In this document: in pieces, positions 22,601-36,283 of the stretch | Numbering within the stretch: the stretch's first letter is position 1 | How the letters are laid out: each line of letters begins with the position of its first letter | Origin: Octopus bimaculoides | Taxonomy: Eukaryota | Direction: 5' to 3' | Length of the DNA stretch: 46,480 nucleotides | Assembly: GCF_001194135.2 (NCBI RefSeq) | Contig: NC_069002.1 | Location: forward strand, 11,798,451 to 11,844,930 | The notes under the pieces: generated by a model | What the model was told of the DNA's origin: nothing | Database searches by the model: none | What the model saw: only the letters and a program-made list of their open reading frames with translations | Program-made: the position numbers and the translations under genes

Positions 22601-22809
22601 TTGTTTCAGATTTTGGCACAAGGCCAGCAATTGTACGGAGAGGATTAAGTTGATTACATCAGTGCTCATCTGGAACTTATTTTACTAACCCCGAAGGGAT
22701 TGGAGGCAGAGTTGACCTCCGTTTTATTTGACCTCAGAGCGTAAAAGAGTCAAAAGAAACACCGCTAAACATTTTGTTTGACGCGCTAATGATTCTAGCA
22801 GCTCGCTCC
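22601..22809 (-). mobile_element. SINE family C (diverged)
   Basis: TTTTGGCACAAGGCC...GATTACATC...CCCCGAAGGGAT...CCGCTAAACATTTTG...GATTCTAGCAGCTCGC. Confidence 0.75.
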
Positions 22810-23053
22810 TGTAGGTTGGATCGACTTCCCGACTTCGAGTATGGTATGATGAGTGTTTTGGAAGCTGGCAGGAATCCTCGGTGAACGATTTGCAATAGTA
22901 TTCTGCGGTTCTGAGATCGATATGTCTTCACTATAGGACGAAAATCGAAGACATAAACGTAGTTTTGAACCTAATGAAATACGTTCGACTTTTACACTTC
23001 TAACAAGCTTAACTATGGAAAGATATCGAGTACATAATCGAAGTCTTTAACAT

Positions 23054-23269
23054 GGTGATTTCAAATTTTGGCACTGGGCTAGTGATTTTCGAGGGGATAG
23101 GAAATCGATTACATTCACCTCAGTACTTGACTAATGTTATTTTATCGACCCTGAAAGGATGAACAACAAAGTCGACCTCGGTGAAATTTGAACTCAGAAG
23201 CTAAGGACGTACAAAATGCTGTTAAGCATTTCGTCCGGTGTGCTGATTGTTCTGCCAGCTCGCCACCTT
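23054..23269 (-). mobile_element. SINE family C
   Basis: TTTATCGACCCTGAAAGGATGAA...AAAGTCGACCTCGG...TTTGAACTCAGAA...TCTGCCAGCTCGCCACCTT. Confidence 0.85.
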
Positions 23270-23284
23270 GTAAATCTTTAACGT

Positions 23285-23403
23285 AATCCTTTCTACTGTA
23301 GGCAGAAAGCCTAAAATTTGGGTGTAGGGAACTAGTCAATTACATCGACCCCAGTGCTCAACTAGTGGTTGTTTTATCGACCCCCAAAAGGGATAAAAGC
23401 AAG
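23285..23403 (-). mobile_element. SINE family C, 3' half only
   Basis: AATCCTTTCTACTGTAGGC...AATTACATCGACCCCAGTGCTCAAC...TTTATCGACCCCC. Confidence 0.8.
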
Positions 23404-23482
23404 GACAAGAAAGCAAAACATCCAGACAGCTGATACAAAAAAGGGACAATAAAACATCCAGACAGACGATACAAAAAAAAAA
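23403..23482 (+). repeat. Two ~40-bp direct repeats at the start of an unclassified segment
   Basis: AAAACATCCAGACAGCTGATACAAAAAA (23415-23442) and AAAACATCCAGACAGACGATACAAAAAA (from 23451). Confidence 0.7.
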
Positions 23483-25681
23483 CAAGGACGGGTCATTCAG
23501 AGTTTTCTTTCCTCAGTCGAGTTCCAGATTATTTTTGCAATTTTGGCTCTGGTTATACTCGAGATTGCTCCAATCTGGCCAGCCCCAAGGAAAAACTAAG
23601 CTAAGAGCACTAGATTCCTTGGAAGAAAGCAGCGAATGTATACGAAAACAAGTACGGGAAAAGATCGTAGAAATGGTACACAAATACAAATAACAGGACA
23701 TATATATATATATATATGAGAGAGAGAGAAATATAGCTTATGTTACGGTACAGAAACATACAAATTTGCATTGGATGTAAGAAGTATGTATAATCTGTTA
23801 AATGTTATATGTTTATTTATACATGAGATAAAAAAATATCACCCTCCCTCCTCGGTCCAGGGTTCTGTCCTGTCGCACGTATCACCAAATTGGAAAGAAA
23901 ATATATAAAAGGACTATTAGCTGTCTAGGCTCTGAAGGTGGTGTAAGTTGTGTAACTGGTTGCAGTCTGATGGCGTTGAAGAAAAATCTGAATCGTTCAG
24001 AATTCTTTGAAGGAACTGAATTACGAGAGCTTTTAAGCTTCGTTTTGTACAATGAAATGGAAAGCTCTATTAATGATATTAACTTGGGCTGTATAGGGAT
24101 GACGGACTCGTTATTTCAGACAGAGAATATGTGTACAGCTAACACCTTGAGAAAACGATTAATTACGACAGCTGAAATGATTATCACTCGAAGTAAACAT
24201 TACAATGGCAGACTTCCTACACGTTACTTCTCAAAAAAAAAAAATAATAATAATAATAACTTGAAATCGAATGAGCACTTTAAGAAACCAAAGAATAATC
24301 GATTGGACATGCGTACTTAATCCAACGATTCAACGAACATCATCAAACATGTATTAATAAATAACAACAAGAGGATAAGTGTACTGTCCTCCGATAACGC
24401 ACATTGAACAGATTATAACGGAGAAACACCATCATTTCCTCCATGCCATAAAGAGATCAAGCACTTAATATCATCTAGTAAGAGCCCCAAAATTTCTGGG
24501 GGGGAGAAAGATTGTATGGTACAAATTGCATTGCAAAATACTTTTCTTCTCTCCCATAAGAAAGAATTTCGTGAACGGCCATAAATTCTACTAGATGTTC
24601 AATGCGAACAACATGAAGGCAAACTACATATGTATGAAGAAAGAAATCTATTGATACAAAGAATAATAATGAAAAGATATTACAAACGAGCGCAATGCTA
24701 AATGAACCGGTGAGAAATTACAGGAATACGGAGCTTTATCTCTCTAGTGTAACTGCTTAAATAGAAGATATTATTATACCTAATAGTAACGCATCTATCC
24801 GATAAGAAGGTTTAAAGAGCATTACATCAATCCAGGAAATAGCAGATGAAAAGGGATGCAAAGGTAAGGCGTTAACAAAAATGCATATCACAGTGATCAG
24901 CGTTTTGCCTTCCGATCAGCAGGGAGTCTTAATAAAAGAAACTTAAAAACTACATTTTGATAAAAATATAATAAAATTGAAAATTGAAATTTTCTGAGCA
25001 GCGAAGATTTTAATTACTTTCTGCCAGTAAATCTTTACACAAAAATAACTAAATATTAAGCGACTTTCTTTATTTTATTATAGATGTTATTTGCACAGCG
25101 CAGCAAATAACTTTATCATCGCTGGCTACAAAAGAGTGCACAAATCTTAACGTTATATTTCGAACTCAAGAATAAAAGGACACGTTTACACTATTCCACG
25201 AACAGCAATAGAAATGGCATATAAATTTAAGAACGGACCAAAGACATCTGGTTGTAAAAATTATAACATTCGCGTTAACGGAAACCAATCTTATGCTGAT
25301 ATATGTAGAGATTAGTCTTCAGGAATTTTGAAAAACAGAACGCACACATATGATAATATACCATAGCAAAATACACTGCTTGTAGCGATTCCATATTGCT
25401 TGTTTCCTTGATTTCAATTAATGTGTACAATTGACTGAATGTGTATGGACTAGTATCAACGCACACACAGACACACACACACGTAAACAAACTTACGCAC
25501 ACACTCATATACACAAATACACATACACAGACACTGATATATGTATGAGTGTAATCATATATGTATATATATATGGATTGCATGTCGGTACAAATATGAA
25601 TAATACGTATGTGCATATACGTATATATGTGTATACCTATCGCTCACACTCTTTATCTCCATCTCTCTCTCTCCCTCTTTA

Positions 25682-25720
<39 letters not shown>

Positions 25721-25961
25721 NNNNNNNNNNNNNNNNNNNNNNNNNNNNNNNNNNNNNNNNNNNNNNNNNNNNNNNNNNNNNNNNNNNNNNNNNNNNNNNN
25801 NNNNNNNNNNNNNNNNNNNNNNNNNNNNNNNNNNNNNNNNNNNNNNNNNNNNNNNNNNNNNNNNNNNNNNNNNNNNNNNNNNNNNNNNNNNNNNNNNNNN
25901 NNNNNNNNNNNNNNNNNNNNNNNNNNNNNNNNNNNNNNNNNNNNNNNNNNNNNNNNNNNNN

Positions 25962-26316
25962 CTGGTACCGTGGAGAGGAAAGTGTCAAGTTTTGTCTTGA
26001 AGACCTCCGTATCCATGTCTTGCATGTCTCTCAAATGTTTTGGCAGGGCATTGAAGAGCTGAGGTCCTCTGAAACCGAGGCTGCTGCAGTATCTCGTTCT
26101 TATGTGAGATGCAGTGGACGGTACCTTTGGCACCATGCAGTGGCGACCCGTGCGGGCGTTCCTGTAGTACTTGATGCCAAAGTTTGGCACCAGTCCTTCC
26201 AGTATTTTCCATATGTATATTATTACATATCTCTCCCGCCTGCGCTCCAGGGAGTAGAGACCTAGTGCCTTCAGTCGCTCCCTGTAGTTCATCTGTTGGA
26301 CTGTGGCGATCTTTTT
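25962..26316 (-). mobile_element. CR1/L2-group LINE fragment, ORF2 C-terminal region
   Basis: Stop-free frame KKIATVQQMNYRERLKALGLYSLERRRERYVIIYIWKILEGLVPN...SLGFRGPQLFNALPKHLRDM...FKTKLDTFLSTVP matches the CR1-type pattern Y.ERL..L.L.SLE.RR.R...F..KLD.FL; runs into a gap. Confidence 0.88.
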
Positions 26317-26569
26317 TGTATATATATATATATTTATATTTTTTGTATATATATATATTTATATATATATATATATGTATGTATGTATGTATGTATATAT
26401 ACACACACGCACACACAAAAAAACACATATACATATACAGTGAGAGCGATATAGGCAGGTACCTAGAAAAATCGGAAGGCAGGAAGATTCTAAGTAAATG
26501 ATAGTAAGTAGGGGAGGCCGGAACATAGGTAGATTGATAGACACAGAGAGAAAGAGAGAGACAGGGAGA

Positions 26570-26613
<44 letters not shown>

Positions 26614-26930
26614 AAGTGGGAAGGGGATCAGGTGACGAAGACATATATGATATACTGTCGAGAAACACGGTATATAAGAGCCATTGAATATGATATAGAT
26701 ATCTCACAGAAAATATTAAACTTCTGCATGAGGATGTTGTTCAGGATATCCTGTTTCAGTACCCGGTTTACATAACAATAAAGAAATATAGAGTAGTGTA
26801 TGTATGTATGTATGTATGTATGTATGTATGTATGTATGTATGTATGCATGCATGTATGTGTGTATGTATGTATGTGTATGTATGTGTGTATGTATGTATG
26901 TATATATATATATATATATATTTATACATA

Positions 26931-27033
<103 letters not shown>

Positions 27034-27287
27034 TTGCTTACTTACAAGGTGTTCCATTTTTATTTATATAAATATATATATTTATATATGTATACATACA
27101 TATATATACATATATATATATATATATGCATATATATACATATGCATACATATGCAAATATATACACATATATATATATATATACATATATATATACATA
27201 TATGATATACATATATATATGCATATATGTGTACATATATACATACATTTTTATATGAATGTATATTTATGTATATATATACATGCG

Positions 27288-27322
<35 letters not shown>

Positions 27323-27326
27323 CTGT

Positions 27327-27366
<40 letters not shown>

Positions 27367-27960
27367 TCTGCGTAGGAACTTTATTAATGCTTTGCAGATA
27401 TATCTTCGAATTACTTGCACAACCTCAAGCAAAATATAAGAACACTTCAATCTACTTTACGGCGATGTACAACATAAAGAAACAACGATAGAAAGAAGCA
27501 ATGAAACATGTTCTAACAGAATACTGCAAAAAACACTTAACAATGAGTACATGAAATTCGAAACGTTAAACATAGCAAAGGTAATGTCGTAACAGGTGAA
27601 GCTCTAGAAGTCAGTGAAACAGTGTACAGACCGAAGGTAGAATATATATTACAATATGAAGATGGAAATTATATTCATTTAATAAATACATTCTTTGTCA
27701 ATTGTCAGTAACCCTTGGTGAATGTCACTTCTAGTTAATCAACATATAAAATATATGCAATTTAAACTATGCATATGTGAATATGCGTGTGTATGTTTGT
27801 ATGTGTATGTATATAGACTCACACATATATATAGATATGTGTGCACATGCGTATATATTTATATATATTTATATATATATATACATATATACTTGTATGT
27901 GTGTGCACATATGTATATATATGTATTTGTATATATGCATACATATGTATATATGCCTTA

Positions 27961-28064
<104 letters not shown>

Positions 28065-28142
28065 AATATATTTTATATATATATATATAATAATAATAGG
28101 GATAAAAATCCAAATTTACAAGTAAAAACTCAATTAAAACTA

Positions 28143-28188
<46 letters not shown>

Positions 28189-28293
28189 CTCACACACATT
28201 TTGTTGCTTCTTGGATGGATCGCATTGTCAGTCACTAATACACACTAGTTCTCTTTCATATCTCCATAAAGCTGGGTTTGGAAGTGTATCCAC

Positions 28294-28436
28294 ACAAGCA
28301 ATATCACCGAAACTAATAGACTAATGAAGGCAGCAAGTACTGTGAAGGCAGAAAATATAGGATTTGAAATAAGACGTCTACAAACAGAACTACGGGATGA
28401 ACAATGAAGCAAGAGGTATATAATATGGGTCACTTG
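28294..28436 (+). mobile_element. Possible short R4/Dong-like N-terminal ORF fragment
   Basis: TSNITETNRLMKAASTVKAENIGFEIRR...EQ*SKR resembles the NITETN.L..AA...W.KR motif of RLE ORFs as recalled; short and degraded. Confidence 0.35.
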
Positions 28437-28703
28437 ATCAATCAATCATTCAACAGGTGAGTCGTTCAGTCACCATTCACGATCTCATCAATGACGTATT
28501 CTTCCCTGTAAATTTACAAAAGAGATGCGGGCATAACATTGACGACATCGCCAATGGTGACTACCGCACTCTTACAAACGGGCTGATCGACTGATTGATC
28601 GAATGATTAGTAGGTCGGTTGGTTGGTTGGTTGATCGAATGATTAATTAAGCAACCCATTACTTAATTGGTATATTCGTTAAATAGTTCGCTAGTTATGA
28701 TAC

Positions 28704-29026
28704 GGTAAAAATGTAAAGAAACCCTTCTGCCGTGAATGACCATGTGATTGCACCTAAGAAGTTTCTGGACAAAATTATGTATGGAAGACTATAAGTCATA
28801 CCAGCCTGTCCTCTCCACACCATCGATAAAACCCAAGGGAAAGGCAAAGATCGACACAGCTTGGCACTAGTGACGTCGCAACTCGCAAATCATTTTTGCA
28901 GCTGAGTAAAGTGGAGCAATGTGAAATAAAGTGTCTTGCTATAGAACACAACACACAGCCCTGTCCGAGAATCGAACTCACAACCTCATGACTGTGAACC
29001 CGACATTCTAATCACTGAGCCATGCC
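28704..29026 (-). mobile_element. SINE family E (CORE-like)
   Basis: CCAAGGGAAAGGCAAAG...CAGCTTGGCACTAGTGACGTCGCAACTC...GTGAAATAAAGTGTCTTGC...GAATCGAACTC...CACTGAGCCATGCC; homologous to 30688-31056. Confidence 0.82.
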
Positions 29027-29056
29027 TAGTTATGACAACAACAATAATAATGATAA

Positions 29057-29263
29057 TGGCTTCAAGTTTTGGCACAAGACCAACAATTATAGAGTAGGGG
29101 ACACGTGGATTACATCGACCACAATGCTCAACTGATACTTATTTCGTGGACCCCAACAGGATGAAAGGTAAAGTCGACCTAGGCAGCATTTGAACTCAGA
29201 ACGAATGAAATGCCGCTAAGCATTTTGCCTGGCATGCTAACGATTTTGCCAGCTCACCACCTT
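29057..29263 (-). mobile_element. SINE family C
   Basis: Same motifs as the other C copies; head adjoins (AAT)n. Confidence 0.85.
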
Positions 29264-29270
29264 AATGATG

Positions 29271-29326
<56 letters not shown>

Positions 29327-29535
29327 CTTTTCTGCTAAAGACTGAAATTTTGTGGGGGGAGGGGGGCACCAGTCGATTACATCAACCCCCAGTGTTTTAC
29401 TGGAATTTAATTTATCGACCCCGAAAGGATGAAAGACAAACTCAACGTCGGTGGAATTTGAACTCAGCACGTAAAGAGGGAGAAAATGCCGCTAAGCATT
29501 TTTGCCCAATGTGCTGACGATTCTGCCAGCTCGCC
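29327..29535 (-). mobile_element. SINE family C, flanked by (AAT)n on both sides
   Basis: (AAT)n at 29264-29326 and 29536-29583. Confidence 0.87.
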
Positions 29536-29583
<48 letters not shown>

Positions 29584-29946
29584 TGTGAACAAAGTAAGCC
29601 ACATGTTCTCTGTTATTGATGTTGCATGTCCATTTGACTCACGGGAAGTTACGAAGAAAGACGAGAAAATAAACATATAGATGTAATAGCCCGACTGTGA
29701 CAGATAGAAAGGGTGAAGACTGCCAATTATTGTGGGAGTCTTGGGGACAGCATCAAAAGATATTTCGAAGAATATGAACAAAATGGGAATTGTGTCCAGC
29801 AGAGCTACTGAAAAGATATTTGCCTCGTTGGCACAACCAGAAAGCACAAGATAGCTGAAGAGAACAAATTGGCATCGTACTGTAGGCTACAGATCGCCAG
29901 AATTCTACCATTACAAGAGATTCCAGGAATTGAGTTAAGAGAATGA
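29584..29946 (+). mobile_element. 3' end of an R4/Dong-like RLE LINE (endonuclease region), flanked by (AAT)n
   Basis: VIDVACPFDSREVTKKDEKI (from 29612) and PIIVGVLGTASKDISKNMNKMGI (from 29723) match RLE C-terminal motifs (IIDVA.P.D...KE.EKI.KY; P(I/V)(I/V)VG.LG). (AAT)n follows at 29947-30045. Confidence 0.78.
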
Positions 29947-29962
29947 TTAATAATTAATAATG

Positions 29963-30038
<76 letters not shown>

Positions 30039-30045
30039 TAATAAT

Positions 30046-30398
30046 GTCCTGATGCAGTACCAGGCAGTGGCTATCATGGCTTCTGATCTTAATTGATTGG
30101 AAGTGTTATCATGTACATTGTTTTGACTTCGTATAAAAGATAGGCAACAGCAAATATTCTGCTCAATACCACAGATTTGCTTGTCAGTTGTTTGACCTTA
30201 ACCAGCTGAGCATGTCCCTTAGTGGCTGATGATATGTGCATCTCTGATCATGAGCAGAAGTAGTGGGGGAGCATCATAGCCATGCGTTGAGAGGAATTCT
30301 TTGGGATTTGGATAATTCACATCTGGAAACACGAGTGTTTCATTCAACAACCTTAAACAACCCTTATTCGGGGAGCTTTTGAGCGGGATGGGCTACTC
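30046..30398. mobile_element. Unclassified repeat-like segment starting at an (AAT)n tract, truncated by a gap
   Basis: Abrupt compositional change at the tract edge; resembles a dispersed repeat I recall from octopus DNA, but there is no second copy in the window. Confidence 0.3.
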
Positions 30399-30687
30399 NN
30401 NNNNNNNNNNNNNNNNNNNNNNNNNNNNNNNNNNNNNNNNNNNNNNNNNNNNNNNNNNNNNNNNNNNNNNNNNNNNNNNNNNNNNNNNNNNNNNNNNNNN
30501 NNNNNNNNNNNNNNNNNNNNNNNNNNNNNNNNNNNNNNNNNNNNNNNNNNNNNNNNNNNNNNNNNNNNNNNNNNNNNNNNNNNNNNNNNNNNNNNNNNNN
30601 NNNNNNNNNNNNNNNNNNNNNNNNNNNNNNNNNNNNNNNNNNNNNNNNNNNNNNNNNNNNNNNGGAGGAGGTAACGAGAAAAATTGA

Positions 30688-31056
30688 GTAAAGGGTAAAG
30701 GTAAAGGGTAAAGACCCCCTTCGGTCACGAATGGCCACAGGTTTGCACCTAGAAAGTCCCCCCCCCCACACCAACGAGGCACAAGTCTAGGCAAGGCTGT
30801 TTATGGAAGACTAGCAGTCACCCATGCATTCCAGCCTCCCCTCTTCATGCCACCAATGTTATCCAAGGGAAAGGCAAAGGGGCCGATACAGCTTGGCACC
30901 AGTGATGTCGCAACTCATTTCTACTTCTGAGTGGACTGAAGCAACGTGAAATATAGTCTTGTTCAAGAACACAACATACAGCCTGGTCCGAGAATCGAAC
31001 TCGCTCCCTCACGATTGTGAACCCGACGTTTTAACCACTGAGACATGCGCCTTCAC
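30688..31056 (-). mobile_element. SINE family E, full length, with (TTTACC)n-like tail
   Basis: Head (minus) GTGAAGGCGCATGTCTCAGTGGTTAAAACGTCGGG...GAGTTCGATTCTCGG; tail on plus TAAAGGGTAAAGGTAAAGGGTAAAG. Confidence 0.85.
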
Positions 31057-33871
31057 ATATGGAAATTGGGGAAACTGAGAAATTTCAGAACCTAGCTACA
31101 GAACTGATGAGATTACGGAAGACTAAGATGACAGTGTTTCAACATTTGTTTCGACACACGTCTTCTCATTAAAAATCTTGAAAAATTATTACGAAAAGGA
31201 AACCCTGTGCATATATAGTATACGTAATATATATATAGATACATATATATATACATACATACATACACACATCTATGTATATACATACAAACTTACATGC
31301 ATACACACATACATATATACAAACAATACATACAGTTTACAGATACAATATGTGTAGGATCAACACAAAGTTCTCCGTCCAGTGAGAGATAAATTTAAAT
31401 TCAATATACACAATTACAAAAGGGCTACAAGTTTCATGCTTTACGATGATTTATAAAACACCCCATATATCTTCTAGCAATTTTTCAGGCTCATTTCATA
31501 CGTTAGACGCATTTAAAAACCAGGACGCTGTACTGTGTAAGAAGACATGTGATAAAATGAGAAGAAAGTAAACGAGAAGAAAGGAAGGAAAAGTTTTAAA
31601 AAAAGCAAGCACTTCGTCCTCTTTGTCTGTAGAAATCATAATTAATATACTTGATGCAGAATAATATAATGAGGAGAAGCCAAACTCCGTGAAACAGCTA
31701 CTCAATCTAGAGAGAGTGGTGTTCTCCCATTCGACAAAAAGACCCCTGAAAATTTGCTTGCAAATGCAAAAATTTCAGATCTGGAATTAAGCAATGTGGT
31801 GGAATCTTTGGACCTAAAAAGTATGTGCCATCTTACAGCAACTCATAAATTGCGTTTCTTAGCTCTATTAACATACAGCTTGGATTTCTCCACGATTCTC
31901 CACTTCGCTGTATAAGGTGTGGAGTTGGACTTCAAACCCTATACGTGACTAGCCAACTTAGTAGCTTTACTTTTGTCGACGTTCCGGAAAGAAGATGAGT
32001 GGTTAGCATAACGTTTTTTAAAAGTGTCTTCGCATAACCCCATGGTATTCTTTTTTTTTCGGTTATCTTAAAGCGTTGCTGTTAGTTCTGCCTCATGTAC
32101 AACGGGGTTTATCATACTGTTTAGTTGAATATATTGGATAAAGATGGGATCCGTTACTACAATAGATAAACACAACTCAATTTGAAAAAACAGCGCAGAT
32201 TTGCATAGTTTCGCTGTTGTAACTATCAAGTGGAATATTACATAAAAGTATTCTGACAAGTAGCAATGTTATGGATGTACATGCCGATATATTCGGAGGT
32301 GAGAGTCATGAAATTCTCGTAAAGCAAATAGAAGCAAGTTTAAAAACTGTGCCGCGTTGTTTAACGTAATTTTCAGCAGTAACACATTTCTGAAATATAT
32401 ACATACGAATATTTATATATATATATATACACACACATATATATATATATATATATANNNNNNNNNNNNNNNNNNNNNNNNNNNNNNNNNNNNNNNNNNN
32501 NNNNNNNNNNNNNNNNNNNNNNNNNNNNNNNNNNNNNNNNNNNNNNNNNNNNNNNNNNNNNNNNNNNNNNNNNNNNNNNNNNNNNNNNNNNNNNNNNNNN
32601 NNNNNNNNNNNNNNNNNNNNNNNNNNNNNNTATGTATGTATTTATGTGTGTATACGTATATAGAATGTACATGTATGTTTATACATATTTCATGTCTGAT
32701 TAATGTCTATTTCTCGTAGACTTCATGGAAGAATGTAGAATGGCCGCGTCAATGTGTATCTGTGTGCATGAGCGTATAGGTACAAGAAGGGGTGACCATG
32801 CGTGTGTGTGCGCGCGTGCGTATGTGTAATAAAGTGTATTACAAACCTATATATAGACGATTTACACATCCATTCTCATAATTCAGATATCTGCAATAGT
32901 CGGTGGTTTTACTGTCGAAACGAACGCACAAGCACACACACACACACACGCACGCACACGCACGCACACGCACACACACAGACGCAAATGTAAAGATATT
33001 CAAACCCATTCACACATACGCTGCCACACACAAACATATATGCACATATAGACATAGATTTACATATATACAAATAAACAGATGAACACATGAACACACA
33101 CCTCCCGCCCCCACACACACACGCATGCACACATATAATCTCACACACACACAAACACATATATATGCATTGATGTATACATATGCATATATACAAAAAA
33201 CACGTGACTACACATCTCTGTACATAATATATACATATATATATATTTAGATATTTATATATACATATGTATACATATATATCGGTATGCATATATATAT
33301 ACATACATACATATATACATGCATAAATACATAAATAAACGTATATATGATCGTGTTTGAGTATGAACGTGTATGAATGAACGTAAATATTTCAAACTTC
33401 ACACACAAATACTTACGTACATATATATATGCATATATTATATATGTATGTTTGTGTGCGTATATGGGCATATGTATATGTGTGTGTGTATATGTGTGTA
33501 TTTGTGTACATTGGCAAGAATTCATTGAACTAAAAGCAATATATTATACACATAATACATATATAAATATAAAAACGTATATATAAGTCTATATTTCCAC
33601 CATGTTCGCTCAAGGCAAACATGTTGTAGTCGAAATATATCATAAATACTTTACGTTTTATTGATTTGATTTTTGTTGCTGTGTTGTTGTTGATTGTTTT
33701 CTTCTTGTTTTTGTTTAGTTTTGAATGTTTTTTTGTGTGTTTTTGTTTTGTTTTGTTTTTATTTTTACAATGTTTTATTTGTTTATATTGTCACTGTTTC
33801 TATTCTTTGTTTTGTATTCTACATTATTAAAGATACATACATAGATAGGAGTGGTGGCGTGCACACACACA

Positions 33872-33918
<47 letters not shown>

Positions 33919-34008
33919 GTGCATATACATTTACACACACTCATACACACGCATATTTATATAAACACACACATTTATATATGCATANNNNNNNNNNTAT
34001 ATATGCAT

Positions 34009-34049
<41 letters not shown>

Positions 34050-34327
34050 ATTATATATATGTATATATGTATACATACACACATATATACGTACAGATAT
34101 ATATGTATATATATATATGTGTGTATATATATATACATATGTGCATATACACATATTTGGGTGTGTGTGGAATATCAATATGTGTATTTATGTATCTCAT
34201 TCGGATAAATACACAAACTTGACTGTGCTTAACCTATATGGATAAAACCAGATGATTTATCGACGAGATGTATATATGGATGTATGCATGAATGTCTGAA
34301 TGTATGTACATATATATATACATATAT

Positions 34328-34366
<39 letters not shown>

Positions 34367-35014
34367 CATATATATATATATATATATACATATATTTACA
34401 CACACATGCATGTATATATGTATGTATATGTATATCTATATATACATATAGATATATATACGTCTATATATATATATANNNNNNNNNNNNNNNNNNNNNN
34501 NNNNNNNNNNNNNNNNNNNNNNNNNNNNNNNNNNNNNNNNNNNNNNNNNNNNNNNNNNNNNNNNNNNNNNNNNNNNNNNNNNNNNNNNNNNNNNNNNNNN
34601 NNNNNNNNNNNNNNNNNNNNNNNNNNNNNNNNNNNNNNNNNNNNNNNNNNNNNNNNNNNNNNNNNNNNNNNNNNNNNNNNNNNNNNNNNNNNNNNNNNNN
34701 NNNNNNNNNNNNNNNNNNNNNNNNNNNNNNNNNNNNNNNNNNNNNNNNNNNNNNNNNNNNNNNNNNNNNNNNNNNNNNNNNNNNNNNNNNNNNNNNNNNN
34801 NNNNNNNNNNNNNNNNNNNNNNNNNNNNNNNNNNNNNNNNNNNNNNNNNNNNNNNNNNNNNNNNNNNNNNNNNNNNNNNNNNNNNNNNNNNNNNNNNNNN
34901 NNNNNNNNNNNNNNNNNNNNNNNNNNNNNNNNNNNNNNNNNNNNNNNNNNNNNNNNNNNNNNNNNNNNNNNNNNNNNNNNNNNNNNNNNNNNNNNNNNNN
35001 NNNNNNNNNNNNNN

Positions 35015-35056
<42 letters not shown>

Positions 35057-35465
35057 TATATATGCAAGTACATACATATACGTATGCATATGTGTGTATG
35101 TTTGTATGCATTATATTACTATATATAACATACGTATTCACACGTATAAATGGACGTTCTTGTGTGGGTATGTGCGTGTGTGGATGTGTACATTTGTGTG
35201 TCTGTATGTATGTGTGAATATGTGTGTATGTGTGTATGTGTATATGTGTGTGCATGCGTGTCTTTCAGTGTGTATTCCCTCGTCGGTCTGATGATAGTCA
35301 ACAGGATTGCTTTGATTGTACAAATCGGAGTTCTGTTATCTCTAAATGTATCTCCATCTTTGAAATTTTTCACAACATCACCACTATTATCACCAGCTTC
35401 AGGATCGATATATCAACTCAGCAATCACTAGACGCAGCACCATCATTATCACCGTTGCCAATACG

Positions 35466-35543
35466 ATCATCATCATCATCATCATCACCATCACCACCAC
35501 CATACCACCACCATCGTCATCGTCATCATCACAACTATTATTA

Positions 35544-35576
<33 letters not shown>

Positions 35577-35601
35577 TCATCGTCATCACCACCACCAGCA
35601 C

Positions 35602-35642
<41 letters not shown>

Positions 35643-35693
35643 CCACCACCACCACCACCACAACCATCGTCATCGTCATCATCACAACTATTA

Positions 35694-35726
<33 letters not shown>

Positions 35727-35757
35727 GCATCATCACCACTACCACCACCACCACCAC
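35466..35757. repeat. Compound (CAT)(CAC)(CGT)n repeat with a ~153-bp higher-order duplication
   Basis: ACCATCGTCATCGTCATCATCACAACTATTAT occurs at 35510 and 35663. Confidence 0.9.
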
Positions 35758-35982
35758 NNNNNNNNNNNNNNNNNNNNNNNNNNNNNNNNNNNNNNNNNNN
35801 NNNNNNNNNNNNNNNNNNNNNNNNNNNNNNNNNNNNNNNNNNNNNNNNNNNNNNNNNNNNNNNNNNNNNNNNNNNNNNNNNNNNNNNNNNNNNNNNNNNN
35901 NNNNNNNNNNNNNNNNNNNNNNNNNNNNNNNNNNNNNNNNNNNNNNNNNNNNNNNNNNNNNNNNNNNNNNNNNNNNNNNNNN

Positions 35983-36032
<50 letters not shown>

Positions 36033-36283
36033 CACGAGTGAATGAACAAAGGATAAAATAACAACACTCAACACATTAAGTTGGAGTTCCAACTATTGAA
36101 TAATGATAACAGTTTGACTCAGCTTTCAGCTTCATTTAGCTTAAGAGTTCCGTGGGCGTAGGACTGGCCCAGGAAACTTTTAAATGCTTCTGACTCAGAT
36201 ATTATTGCTACATATACGAAAACACTCAAACGCCAATACATACGTATATGTATAAATATATTTATAAGTGCGCACCTATATAG

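Noticed and set aside
23970-24320. 116-aa plus-strand ORF
   Set aside because: No recognisable motif; it includes an A-run and an (AAT)n stretch.
28245-28445. Minus-strand ORF resembling a transmembrane segment
   Set aside because: Probably the antisense of an A-rich plus-strand LINE-like fragment; hydrophobic ORFs are expected from T-rich strands. The same applies to 6442-7038.
35224-36067. 273-aa poly-His/Arg and antisense poly-Asp/Gly ORFs
   Set aside because: They arise from a trinucleotide repeat plus a gap; no domain or splice support.
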